Below, in pieces: positions 14,992 to 23,249 of a DNA stretch of 32,000 nt. The position numbers and the translations under genes are program-made. Each line of letters begins with the position of its first letter. The first letter of the stretch is position 1. Under the pieces are notes generated by a model, which saw nothing but the letters and a program-made list of their open reading frames with translations, was not told the DNA's origin and ran no database searches. The stretch comes from Cylindrospermopsis raciborskii Cr2010 (lineage in GTDB: Bacteria > Cyanobacteriota > Cyanobacteriia > Cyanobacteriales > Nostocaceae). The stretch covers positions 540,001 through 572,000 of the forward strand of contig NZ_CP065936.1 of assembly GCF_003367075.2 (NCBI RefSeq), written 5' to 3'.

Positions 14992-17900
14992 ACTGTTTGC
15001 CAAGGATATTAACCGCAGTATTAATGGTGTCATCAAGGTGGGACAGCAGGATGATACTAATATCCGTCAAGAGTTAGAAGAGTATGTAGTTACCGAAGAA
15101 CTCAAAAAGCATTTTTATACCTTTTTTGGCAGATTTGCTGAATCAATTGAAAGTCCCACGGATAAGATGGGTGTGTGGATTTCCGGATTCTTTGGTTCTG
15201 GCAAATCTCATTTTTTGAAAATACTTTCCTATCTACTAGAAAACCGTTCAGTGGGAAATAATCGGGCTTTAGATTACTTTGATTCCCAAAGAATTCCCGA
15301 TCCATCCCTGTTGGCAAATATTGCCTTATCAGCACAAACTCACTGTGATGTAATTCTCTTTAATATTGATTCTAAGGCGGATGCCAATAACAAAAATGAC
15401 AAAGAAACCATTACCAAGGTGTTCCAAAAAGTCTTTGACGACCATTTAGGGTATTTTGGCACAACACCGGAAATTGCCCGATTTGAACGTCAATTAGCGA
15501 GTCAAGGTAAGTATCAGCCCTTCAAAGAGGCTTTTTATCGCCAAACCAACCAATCCTGGGAAGAAACTCGAGAAGCTTGGGCCTTTTATCAAGATGATAT
15601 TGTTGCTGCTTTAACCGTTAGCACAGGAATGAGTGGAGAACAGGCTAATCGCCTATTAAAGTTCAATGAGAAATATACTTTAAGTCCAGAAGACTTTGCT
15701 AAAACGGTTAAAGAGTATTTACACACCAAGGGACCAAAACATCGCCTAGTTTTTATGGTAGATGAAGTAGGTCAGTATATTGGCGAAGATACCAAATTAA
15801 TGCTCAATCTGCAAACAGTAGTGGAAGATCTGGGTATCCATAGTCAGGGAAGAGCTTGGGTGGTGGTGACATCCCAAGAAGCTATGGATGAAATCACCAA
15901 AAACAAAATCAAGGGGGAAGACTTCTCTAAAATTATTGGGCGCTTTCATCGTCCTCTGAATTTATCTTCTGCTAATACTGATGAGGTAATTAAATTACGG
16001 TTATTGTCTAAAACTGACGAAGCCAAAAAACGTTTAAAAGTTTTATATACCGAAAAAATTGCCATTCTCACAAACCAAATCACATTTAAGGACTCTGCGG
16101 ATATGCCAGGGTATAAGGATGCACAGGATTTTGTGGCAGCCTATCCGTTTATTCCCTATCAGTTTTATCTGTTGCAGAAGGTATTTACCCAAATTCGGCT
16201 AATGGGTTCTGCGGGTAAACATTTAGCATCAGGAGAACGCTCCTTGCTGGATGCTTTTCAGGTTGCTTCCCAAGCAATTTCCGCACAATCCCTGGGTAAG
16301 TTAGTTCCTTTTCATACTTTTTATTTGGCCATTGAGGGTTTTTTGGATAGTGTTATTAGTCAGGTGATTACCCAGGCTACGAATAATCCCCAACTAAAGG
16401 AGTTTGATATTCAGCTCTTAAAAACCCTATTTATGATTAAATATATTAAAGAGATTAGGGCAAACTTAGAAAACTTAACGACTTTGAGTTTAACCGACAT
16501 AGATGAAGATAGACTAGGCTTGAAAAAACAAGTAGCAGAAGCCCTGGGAAGATTGGAAAAACAAACCCTAATTCAGCGTAATACAGATGAATACATATTT
16601 CTCACAAACGAAGAGCAAGATATTAGTAAAGAAATTAAAAACACAAGGGTGAACCCAGGGGAGATTTACAAAAAACTGCAAGAATGGGTGTGGGGATCAA
16701 TTTTGACCGATAGGGAATTCAAATTTGGTAAACGTAAGTATTCATTCAATCGAAAGTTAGATGAGCGTGATCATGGAAAGAAATTACAAGAACTAACTGT
16801 GCATATTATTACTCCCTATGGAGAAAACTATGCTGAATTTGAGAACAATACAAAGTGTCTAATCACAACCCAGTCAAGTCCAGAGTTATTAATTAGGCTA
16901 GGGAATGAGGATCACCTTTTGCAAGACTTAGAGACGTTTAGTCAAACCGATCAGTATTTGCGCCAAAAAGCCGGTAGTAATCTTAGTCCCAGTATTCAAA
17001 AGATTATAACAGCACGGAAAGATGAAAATACACAGCGGGAGAAAAATATCAAAGATAGCCTACAAAAACTTATTGCCAGTGCGGATGTGTTTAGTTATGG
17101 CAATAAAGTAGAAATTACTCGAACTGAATTTGCAACAGAGTTATTAAAACAAGCTCTTACCTATTTAATTAACAATGCCTACAGCAAGTTAAAATACATC
17201 GATAGTGGATTTGAAAATTCAGATCAGGTGAAAAATGCCTTAACTCGTCATATCCAAGAAAAGACCACCGATGGAGAGGTGGTTAAGGACGTTAATATAT
17301 CCGCACGAAAAGACATGGAATCTTTTTTGCATAGTCAAAATAAACATCATCCAACTACGATTAAATCTTTAATAGATAAATTTACCTGTACTCCCTATGG
17401 TTGGTCAGAGCTAGACACCCTAGGGATAATGGCAGAGTTGGCTAATGCAGGTGTAGTTGAATTGAGACACGCACAAAATAAGGTCAATCTACAAGAGGAA
17501 GGACTAATAGATAAGTTACTTTCTCGCGATGGTAAAGAAACTTATATTGTGAGATTGGCTAGTACCATTGATCCAGCTAGTTTAAAGGTGGCTAGAGACT
17601 TAGCCAGTCAATTACTTGATAAGAATATACTAGACATACCTACGGAAAGTGGCAAATTATTTCAAACCTATGAAGAACTTTTATGGCAACATGTTCAAAG
17701 GTTAAAAGAATGGTTAAAACTGACTCAAGAACAGCAATTACCATTTGGGAATTTGCTGAAAGACCACATAGCCATGCTAGAAGAGCTAAGAACGGATAAC
17801 TCTCATGAACAGGAGTTTTTTCAGCTTGTTCGTGGTCGTCGGGATGACCTGGAAGAATATATTGATGACTTACAAAAGTTAAGGTCTTTCTTCACCTCAC

Positions 17901-18532
17901 AACTGAAAATATTTCAAGAAGCTCAACAGAGTTTAAAAGAGTTGAAACCAGAATTGCGCCATATTGAGGAAGAGGAACTGCTGGAGCAGGTAAAATCAGT
18001 TGAGGAAATTCTCAATATGGATGACCCAACCAGTAAAATACAGCTGTTGCCAAATTTGCTGAAACCAGTGCAGCAAAAAATACAGGAAATCCTCCGACAA
18101 AAGATTGGAGAACTGCATCGGGAAATGGAAAACCAAGAAAAAGAAATACGCGATTATATTCAGGAGCAATACCCAGCGATTGTCAATGAAATTTCTGAGA
18201 TCACGCAGGAGATAAACAATTTTCACCCATCGGAAATCAAAACTATTGATTCAGCGATCGCCCATCGGAGCGAATTAAGCGACAAGACAAACCAGTTATG
18301 GAAGAAAATAGATGCTGAAGCTCAAAAAGTTCAAGAAAAATTGGGCAAATCATATCATACAGCAAACCACATACCAGAGCAAGTAAAACCCATCACTTTT
18401 ATTCAGTTGGGGAGGTTTACTCCCAGCAAAGTGCTAGAAAATGAAGAAGATGTGGAGGTGTATCTGGGAGTATTGCGGGAGGAATTTCTCAAACAGATTC
18501 AAACAGGTTACAGAATCCGTTTGGAGAGATGA
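14966..18532 (+). CDS. brxC: BREX P-loop ATPase BrxC (start may be ATG at 14978)
   Basis: MNIAELFAKDINRSINGVIKVGQQDDTNIRQELEEYVVTEELKKHFYTFFGRFAESIESPTDKMGVWISGFFGSGKSHFLKILSYLL; Walker A GFFGSGKS; ~1188 aa. Confidence 0.95.
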   Translation: MELSMNIAELFAKDINRSINGVIKVGQQDDTNIRQELEEYVVTEELKKHFYTFFGRFAESIESPTDKMGVWISGFFGSGKSHFLKILSYLLENRSVGNNRALDYFDSQRIPDPSLLANIALSAQTHCDVILFNIDSKADANNKNDKETITKVFQKVFDDHLGYFGTTPEIARFERQLASQGKYQPFKEAFYRQTNQSWEETREAWAFYQDDIVAALTVSTGMSGEQANRLLKFNEKYTLSPEDFAKTVKEYLHTKGPKHRLVFMVDEVGQYIGEDTKLMLNLQTVVEDLGIHSQGRAWVVVTSQEAMDEITKNKIKGEDFSKIIGRFHRPLNLSSANTDEVIKLRLLSKTDEAKKRLKVLYTEKIAILTNQITFKDSADMPGYKDAQDFVAAYPFIPYQFYLLQKVFTQIRLMGSAGKHLASGERSLLDAFQVASQAISAQSLGKLVPFHTFYLAIEGFLDSVISQVITQATNNPQLKEFDIQLLKTLFMIKYIKEIRANLENLTTLSLTDIDEDRLGLKKQVAEALGRLEKQTLIQRNTDEYIFLTNEEQDISKEIKNTRVNPGEIYKKLQEWVWGSILTDREFKFGKRKYSFNRKLDERDHGKKLQELTVHIITPYGENYAEFENNTKCLITTQSSPELLIRLGNEDHLLQDLETFSQTDQYLRQKAGSNLSPSIQKIITARKDENTQREKNIKDSLQKLIASADVFSYGNKVEITRTEFATELLKQALTYLINNAYSKLKYIDSGFENSDQVKNALTRHIQEKTTDGEVVKDVNISARKDMESFLHSQNKHHPTTIKSLIDKFTCTPYGWSELDTLGIMAELANAGVVELRHAQNKVNLQEEGLIDKLLSRDGKETYIVRLASTIDPASLKVARDLASQLLDKNILDIPTESGKLFQTYEELLWQHVQRLKEWLKLTQEQQLPFGNLLKDHIAMLEELRTDNSHEQEFFQLVRGRRDDLEEYIDDLQKLRSFFTSQLKIFQEAQQSLKELKPELRHIEEEELLEQVKSVEEILNMDDPTSKIQLLPNLLKPVQQKIQEILRQKIGELHREMENQEKEIRDYIQEQYPAIVNEISEITQEINNFHPSEIKTIDSAIAHRSELSDKTNQLWKKIDAEAQKVQEKLGKSYHTANHIPEQVKPITFIQLGRFTPSKVLENEEDVEVYLGVLREEFLKQIQTGYRIRLER

Positions 18533-18540
18533 TGCCAAAA

Positions 18541-18568
18541 TAATGTGATAAATATAATGTGATAAATT
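18541..18568 (+). repeat. 14-bp tandem direct repeat between brxC and the RNase T2 gene
   Basis: taatgtgataaata / taatgtgataaatt read directly. Confidence 0.8.
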
Positions 18569-18596
18569 TTGTGTGTTTTCTAACGAATCTGAACTT

Positions 18597-19352
18597 ATGA
18601 CTAGACGACTTATGCAATCTGTAAGACTAGTAATAGCATGTATACTAGCTTTCCTACTTACTCATCAAGGAACTGCAATAGCAGATAATTGTCCCACCAA
18701 AGGATGCGCTCAAAAATATACTTTAGCATTATCCTGGCAACCTGGATTTTGTGAAACCCATGGGGATAAAGCAGAATGTCAGGAACAAACAGCAACCAGC
18801 TACGATGCTAGTAACTTCACCTTACATGGATTATGGCCGGATAAGTTGGAATACTGTAATGTTTCCGCTAGTAATATCAAGAACGACAAAACCGGGAACT
18901 GGAAAGATTTACCCACAGTGGAGGTAGACGGAGAAACTACTGATGAATTAGATGAAGTAATGCCGGGTTTTGGAGAGTCTAGTCTTGAACGTCATGAATG
19001 GATCAAACATGGAACCTGTGATGGGAGAAACTCGGATGATTACTATGATTTATCTGTAGACCTACTGAAGGAATTTAATGATTCTCAAGTGCGAAATTTG
19101 TTTGTTGAGCACATAGGTGAAACAATCTCCCTAGATCAGGTAAAAACAGCATTTGAAGGAACTTTTGGCAGTGGTAGTTCTTCCAGTTTGAGTCTTAAAT
19201 GCGATTCTAGGAACAATTTGGCCACCGAAATTCGTCTGAAAATCAAACGCCCTCAGGTTGGTCAAAAACTGGCGGATCTCCTACTTCCCAGTGGTGGTCA
19301 GTCTTGTAGTCAAGTTGTGGTTGATGGCTTTGGTGTTAGCAGTTTAAACTAA
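18597..19352 (+). CDS. Predicted secreted ribonuclease T2 family protein
   Basis: Signal-peptide-like N-terminus (MTRRLMQSVRLVIACILAFLLTHQGTAIADN) and both catalytic boxes: NFTLHGLWPD and ERHEWIKHGTCDG; Cys-rich. The track ORF opens at 18573 (GTG); 18597 ATG is the better start for a signal peptide. Confidence 0.93.
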   Translation: MTRRLMQSVRLVIACILAFLLTHQGTAIADNCPTKGCAQKYTLALSWQPGFCETHGDKAECQEQTATSYDASNFTLHGLWPDKLEYCNVSASNIKNDKTGNWKDLPTVEVDGETTDELDEVMPGFGESSLERHEWIKHGTCDGRNSDDYYDLSVDLLKEFNDSQVRNLFVEHIGETISLDQVKTAFEGTFGSGSSSSLSLKCDSRNNLATEIRLKIKRPQVGQKLADLLLPSGGQSCSQVVVDGFGVSSLN

Positions 19353-19389
19353 TAAAGATTTTTTAAAAAATTTTTTGGTTTGCTAGAGT

Positions 19390-19410
19390 CCCTGGTGTTT
19401 TCAACCAGGG
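19390..19410 (+). terminator. Possible weak hairpin/terminator downstream of the RNase T2 gene
   Basis: CCCTGGT-gttttca-ACCAGGG perfect 7-bp stem; no good U tract on either side, so termination is uncertain. Confidence 0.3.
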
Positions 19411-19442
19411 AAAAGTCAAAAATAAAACTAGTAAGTAGATAT

Positions 19443-19550
19443 GCACAATTATTTGTAGGATGGGTCGAGTAACGAGACCCATGGGGGTGTTGGGTTTCAT
19501 ACTTCAACCCAACCTACGTTCATCTTATATTTAATTCCACCCACTTACTT
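19443..19550 (-). repeat. Dispersed MITE/REP-like element, copy 7, immediately upstream of pglX
   Basis: gcacaattatttgtaggatgggtcgagtaacgagacccatgggggtgttgggtttcatacttcaacccaacctacgttcatcttatatttaattccacccact. Confidence 0.85.
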
Positions 19551-19564
19551 ATTCAACTTTTGTT

Positions 19565-22500
19565 ATGAATAGAACCACTATTAAAAACTTTGCCATTTGG
19601 GCACGGAACCATCTAAAAGAACAGGTAAGCACTCGTGCTACCCAACTTACCATTACCGAAAAAACCATTACCGAAAAGACCATTACTGACCAAAGGACCT
19701 TTGCGGGAGGTTTATTGAGTGGGGAGCAAACTCTCAATAGCGAGGAAGCTAAACAATATCAACAACTACATTCCCATATAGAATATTTATTAAAACAACA
19801 AGCATCTAAAAATTTAGACAAAAAGTTAACTAAACAAGTTGATAGTGTTCTGGATATACTGATTGAGGAAATTGCCTATACCTGGTTTAACCGATTAGTA
19901 GCACTGCGCTTTATGGAGGTTAAGGGCTATATCGGAAGGGTGTTAAGTAGTAGCGATCGCAGTTTGGTAGATCCGGACATTTTGCGAGATAGGGATTCCA
20001 TAGCAGATACGGGAGAAATAGCTGGAATTAATCGAGAAACCCTGAAAAAATGGGAGGATCTAGCAAGTAAACAGACTAATCCGGATGAATATCTATACCG
20101 TCAATTATTATTAGCCCAGTGTCAGGCCTTGTCTTCTAGTGTACCAGCTTTATTTGATACGGGATATCCAGCATTATTTTTGCCAGTTAATCTACTAGGT
20201 CAAGATTCAATCGTCGGGAGACTGGTGAAGGAAATTGCCCAGGAAGATTGGGAAGATATAGAAATAGTGGGATGGCTATATCAATTTTATATTTCTGAGC
20301 GCAAAGACCAGGTAATTGGAGCCAAATCTAAGATAGAAGCTAAGGATATACCAGCAGCAACTCAACTATTCACACCTCGTTGGATTGTGCAGTATATGGT
20401 AGAAAATAGTTTAGGCAGGTTATGGTTAGAAAACCACCCCCAATCAAATTTACGGGAAAAAATGCCCTATTATTTGGAGGGTGAGAAAATCAGGGGTGGG
20501 GAAGAACAAGAAGAACAATCAGGGGACACAGCTCCATTGTTGGGATTATTGAACCCAACACCCCCCAGTTTCAAGAAGGTAAGTCCAGGAATTCCTTTAA
20601 CACCGGAGGAGTTAACAGTAATTGATCCAGCTTGTGGGAGTGGACATATTTTGGTCTATGCTTTCGATTTGTTGGTGGAAATTTATAAGGAGCAGGGATA
20701 TTTGGAAAAGGATATTCCCGGACTCATCTTAACTCATAATTTGTATGGATTGGATATAGATGAAAGAGCTGTACAGTTAGCAAGTTTTGCAGTTTTAATG
20801 AAGGCAAGGGCTATAAATAAGCGTGTTTTTAAAAATGCTCCTACCGCTCCTACTTTGAATATTAAAACTGTGCGCTGTACACGGGGGTATAAGTTACCAA
20901 CCATACAAGGGGTTGTTGAGAAGGATTGGCAACCTCTAGTGGAGGCTTTTTCTGATGCAGATAATTTAGGGAGTTTGATTACCCCGCCATCTTTTAATGG
21001 CACGATTTTGAGAAAGCAATTGGCAGATTTAGCATTGGATAATCCTCTTTTTCAACAGGAAGTTGTTGGTTTTTTACGTCATTTAGTTGATCAGGCTGAA
21101 TTATTGAGTAATCAGTATTGGGTAGTGGTGGCAAATCCTCCTTATATGGGGAATAGGAGTTTGAATGATGTCCTCAAGACCTTTGCTAGTAAAAATTACG
21201 CCAATTCCAAGTCAGATGCTTTCTCCATGTTTATTGAACGCTTTTTGACCATGATTTTCAAAAACGGGTTCATTGGATTCATGACACCTTTTACATGGAT
21301 GTTTCTAAGCTCCTATGAAAAATTACGTAAAAATATATTAAATACCACAACAATAACAAGTTTGATAAGACCAGAATATCATGCCTTTTTTGATTCTGCT
21401 TATGTCCCAATATGTACCTTTACCTTATTAAATAGAAGTTTACCAGAACATCAAGGAATATTTATTGACCTTAATCAATTTTATGGATCAGAGATCCAAC
21501 CAGTCAAGTTGCTAGAAGCTATCAAAAATCCTAATTGCGGGTATCTTTATTATGCTAAGTCGGCTGATTTCTGCAAAATTCCAGGAAGTGCGATCGCCTA
21601 TTGGGTGAGTGATAAGATTTTAGAGATTTTTCAACAATCCAAACCCCTGAATGATATTGCTAACCCATGTGTTGGACTGCAAACTGGTAATAATGATAGA
21701 TTTCTGAGATTATGGACAGAAGTTAACATTAATAATATAGGTTTTGGATTAGATAGCAGAGAAGCGGCAAAAAAATCTGGAAAAAAATGGTTTCCCTATA
21801 ATAAAGGCGGGGAATTTAGAAAATGGTATGGCAATCAGGAATATGTTGTTAATTGGGAAAATGATGGTTTCGAGATTCGTAATTTTGGCACTGAACATGG
21901 ACTAAAAGCTAGATCCCGTCCCCAAAACACAGATAAATATTTTCAAGAAAGTATAACTTGGTCTTTTGTAAGTTCTTCATATTTTGGAGTTAGATATTCG
22001 CCCAAAGGATTTATTTTTGATGTAGGAGGATCTTCCATATTCCCGCACTCTCAAATAATCATTAACCTAGTGGGACTCCTATGCAGTAAAGTGATTTCCA
22101 GTTTCATGGAAATCATGAACCCCACCCTTAATTTTCAAGTAGGAAATGTTGCTAACCTACCTATTATTACCTCCCTACAAGATAGTGTTTTTAATCAATC
22201 CATAGAACAAGCGATTAACATTGCTAAAGAAGACTGGGATAACTTTGAAACTTCCTGGGACTTCCAAACCCACCCCTTACTGCGAGAAAACTCCCCCAAT
22301 ATATCCACATCCTTCACCAATTGGCAAAACCGCACAGAAACCGCATTTCGACAACTCCAACTGCTAGAAGAAGAAAATAACCGATACTGGATAAAATCCT
22401 ACGGACTAGAAACAGAACTCACACCAGAAGTCCCAGAAGACCAAGTCACCATCCACCGCGCAGACCCACAACGAGATATGCGCTCCCTCATTTCCTACAT

Positions 22501-23230
22501 AATTGGCTGTATCATGGGTAGATATAGACTTGACAAACCCGGAATCATTCACGCTGGAAGCAAATTCGACCCATCCCTACACCAAAAATTCCCAGCTAGT
22601 AATGATGCCATAATCCCCATCACAGATCAAACCTACTTCCCCAATGACATCCTTACTCGTTTTGAAGAATTCCTGCAAATTGCCTGGGATCCCAATAACC
22701 TGAGTGCAAACCTCAAATTCATTGCTGACACCCTCACCATCAAAAACTCAGAAAGTCCACGAGAACGGATCCGACGCTACTTCCTACAAGAATTTATCTC
22801 CGACCATATCCAAACCTATAAAAAACGCCCCATATACTGGTTATTCACTAGCGGGAAAAAACGAGCCTTTAATGCCTTAATCTATTTACACCGCTACCAG
22901 GAAGATACCCTTTCCCGTATGCGCACAGACTATGTCCTAGAATTACAAATCAAACTCCAAGGAGAAATCACTAAATATCAAAAACAACTGGAAATCAGCA
23001 CTAACAATGCAGATAAAAAAATTGCCACCAAGCGTCTCAAAGAATTACAAGACCAACAGTCAGAACTAGCAGAATATCAAGAAAAACTGCAACATTTAGC
23101 TGATGCTCGAATTAAACTAGACTTAGATGATGGTGTAGCATATAACTACTGTCAATTCAAAGGACTAGTCTATGAGGGCACTGACCTTAAAATTGCTGAC
23201 TTAGAAAAAGCATCACAATGGAAAAATTGA
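19565..23230 (+). CDS. pglX: BREX-1 adenine-specific DNA methyltransferase PglX
   Basis: ~1221 aa; SAM motif I region TVIDPACGSGHILVYAFDLL; catalytic NPPYMGNRSLNDVLKTF; TPRWIVQYMVENSLGRLWLE; followed by pglZ. Confidence 0.95.
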   Translation: MNRTTIKNFAIWARNHLKEQVSTRATQLTITEKTITEKTITDQRTFAGGLLSGEQTLNSEEAKQYQQLHSHIEYLLKQQASKNLDKKLTKQVDSVLDILIEEIAYTWFNRLVALRFMEVKGYIGRVLSSSDRSLVDPDILRDRDSIADTGEIAGINRETLKKWEDLASKQTNPDEYLYRQLLLAQCQALSSSVPALFDTGYPALFLPVNLLGQDSIVGRLVKEIAQEDWEDIEIVGWLYQFYISERKDQVIGAKSKIEAKDIPAATQLFTPRWIVQYMVENSLGRLWLENHPQSNLREKMPYYLEGEKIRGGEEQEEQSGDTAPLLGLLNPTPPSFKKVSPGIPLTPEELTVIDPACGSGHILVYAFDLLVEIYKEQGYLEKDIPGLILTHNLYGLDIDERAVQLASFAVLMKARAINKRVFKNAPTAPTLNIKTVRCTRGYKLPTIQGVVEKDWQPLVEAFSDADNLGSLITPPSFNGTILRKQLADLALDNPLFQQEVVGFLRHLVDQAELLSNQYWVVVANPPYMGNRSLNDVLKTFASKNYANSKSDAFSMFIERFLTMIFKNGFIGFMTPFTWMFLSSYEKLRKNILNTTTITSLIRPEYHAFFDSAYVPICTFTLLNRSLPEHQGIFIDLNQFYGSEIQPVKLLEAIKNPNCGYLYYAKSADFCKIPGSAIAYWVSDKILEIFQQSKPLNDIANPCVGLQTGNNDRFLRLWTEVNINNIGFGLDSREAAKKSGKKWFPYNKGGEFRKWYGNQEYVVNWENDGFEIRNFGTEHGLKARSRPQNTDKYFQESITWSFVSSSYFGVRYSPKGFIFDVGGSSIFPHSQIIINLVGLLCSKVISSFMEIMNPTLNFQVGNVANLPIITSLQDSVFNQSIEQAINIAKEDWDNFETSWDFQTHPLLRENSPNISTSFTNWQNRTETAFRQLQLLEEENNRYWIKSYGLETELTPEVPEDQVTIHRADPQRDMRSLISYIIGCIMGRYRLDKPGIIHAGSKFDPSLHQKFPASNDAIIPITDQTYFPNDILTRFEEFLQIAWDPNNLSANLKFIADTLTIKNSESPRERIRRYFLQEFISDHIQTYKKRPIYWLFTSGKKRAFNALIYLHRYQEDTLSRMRTDYVLELQIKLQGEITKYQKQLEISTNNADKKIATKRLKELQDQQSELAEYQEKLQHLADARIKLDLDDGVAYNYCQFKGLVYEGTDLKIADLEKASQWKN
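19649..19693 (+). repeat. 15-bp in-frame tandem repeat x3 near the pglX 5' end
   Basis: accattaccgaaaaa / accattaccgaaaag / accattactgaccaa (TITEK TITEK TITDQ). Confidence 0.85.
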
Positions 23231-23249
23231 GAGAGACGAAAATGAACAC

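Noticed and set aside
15102-18226. Small minus-strand ORFs inside brxC (and similar ones inside NRPS, pglX, pglZ, brxL)
   Set aside because: They lie antisense to strongly supported CDSs and show no recognisable domain or RBS.
19649-19693. Phase-variable on/off switch in pglX
   Set aside because: The repeat unit is 15 bp, a multiple of three, so slippage does not shift the frame.
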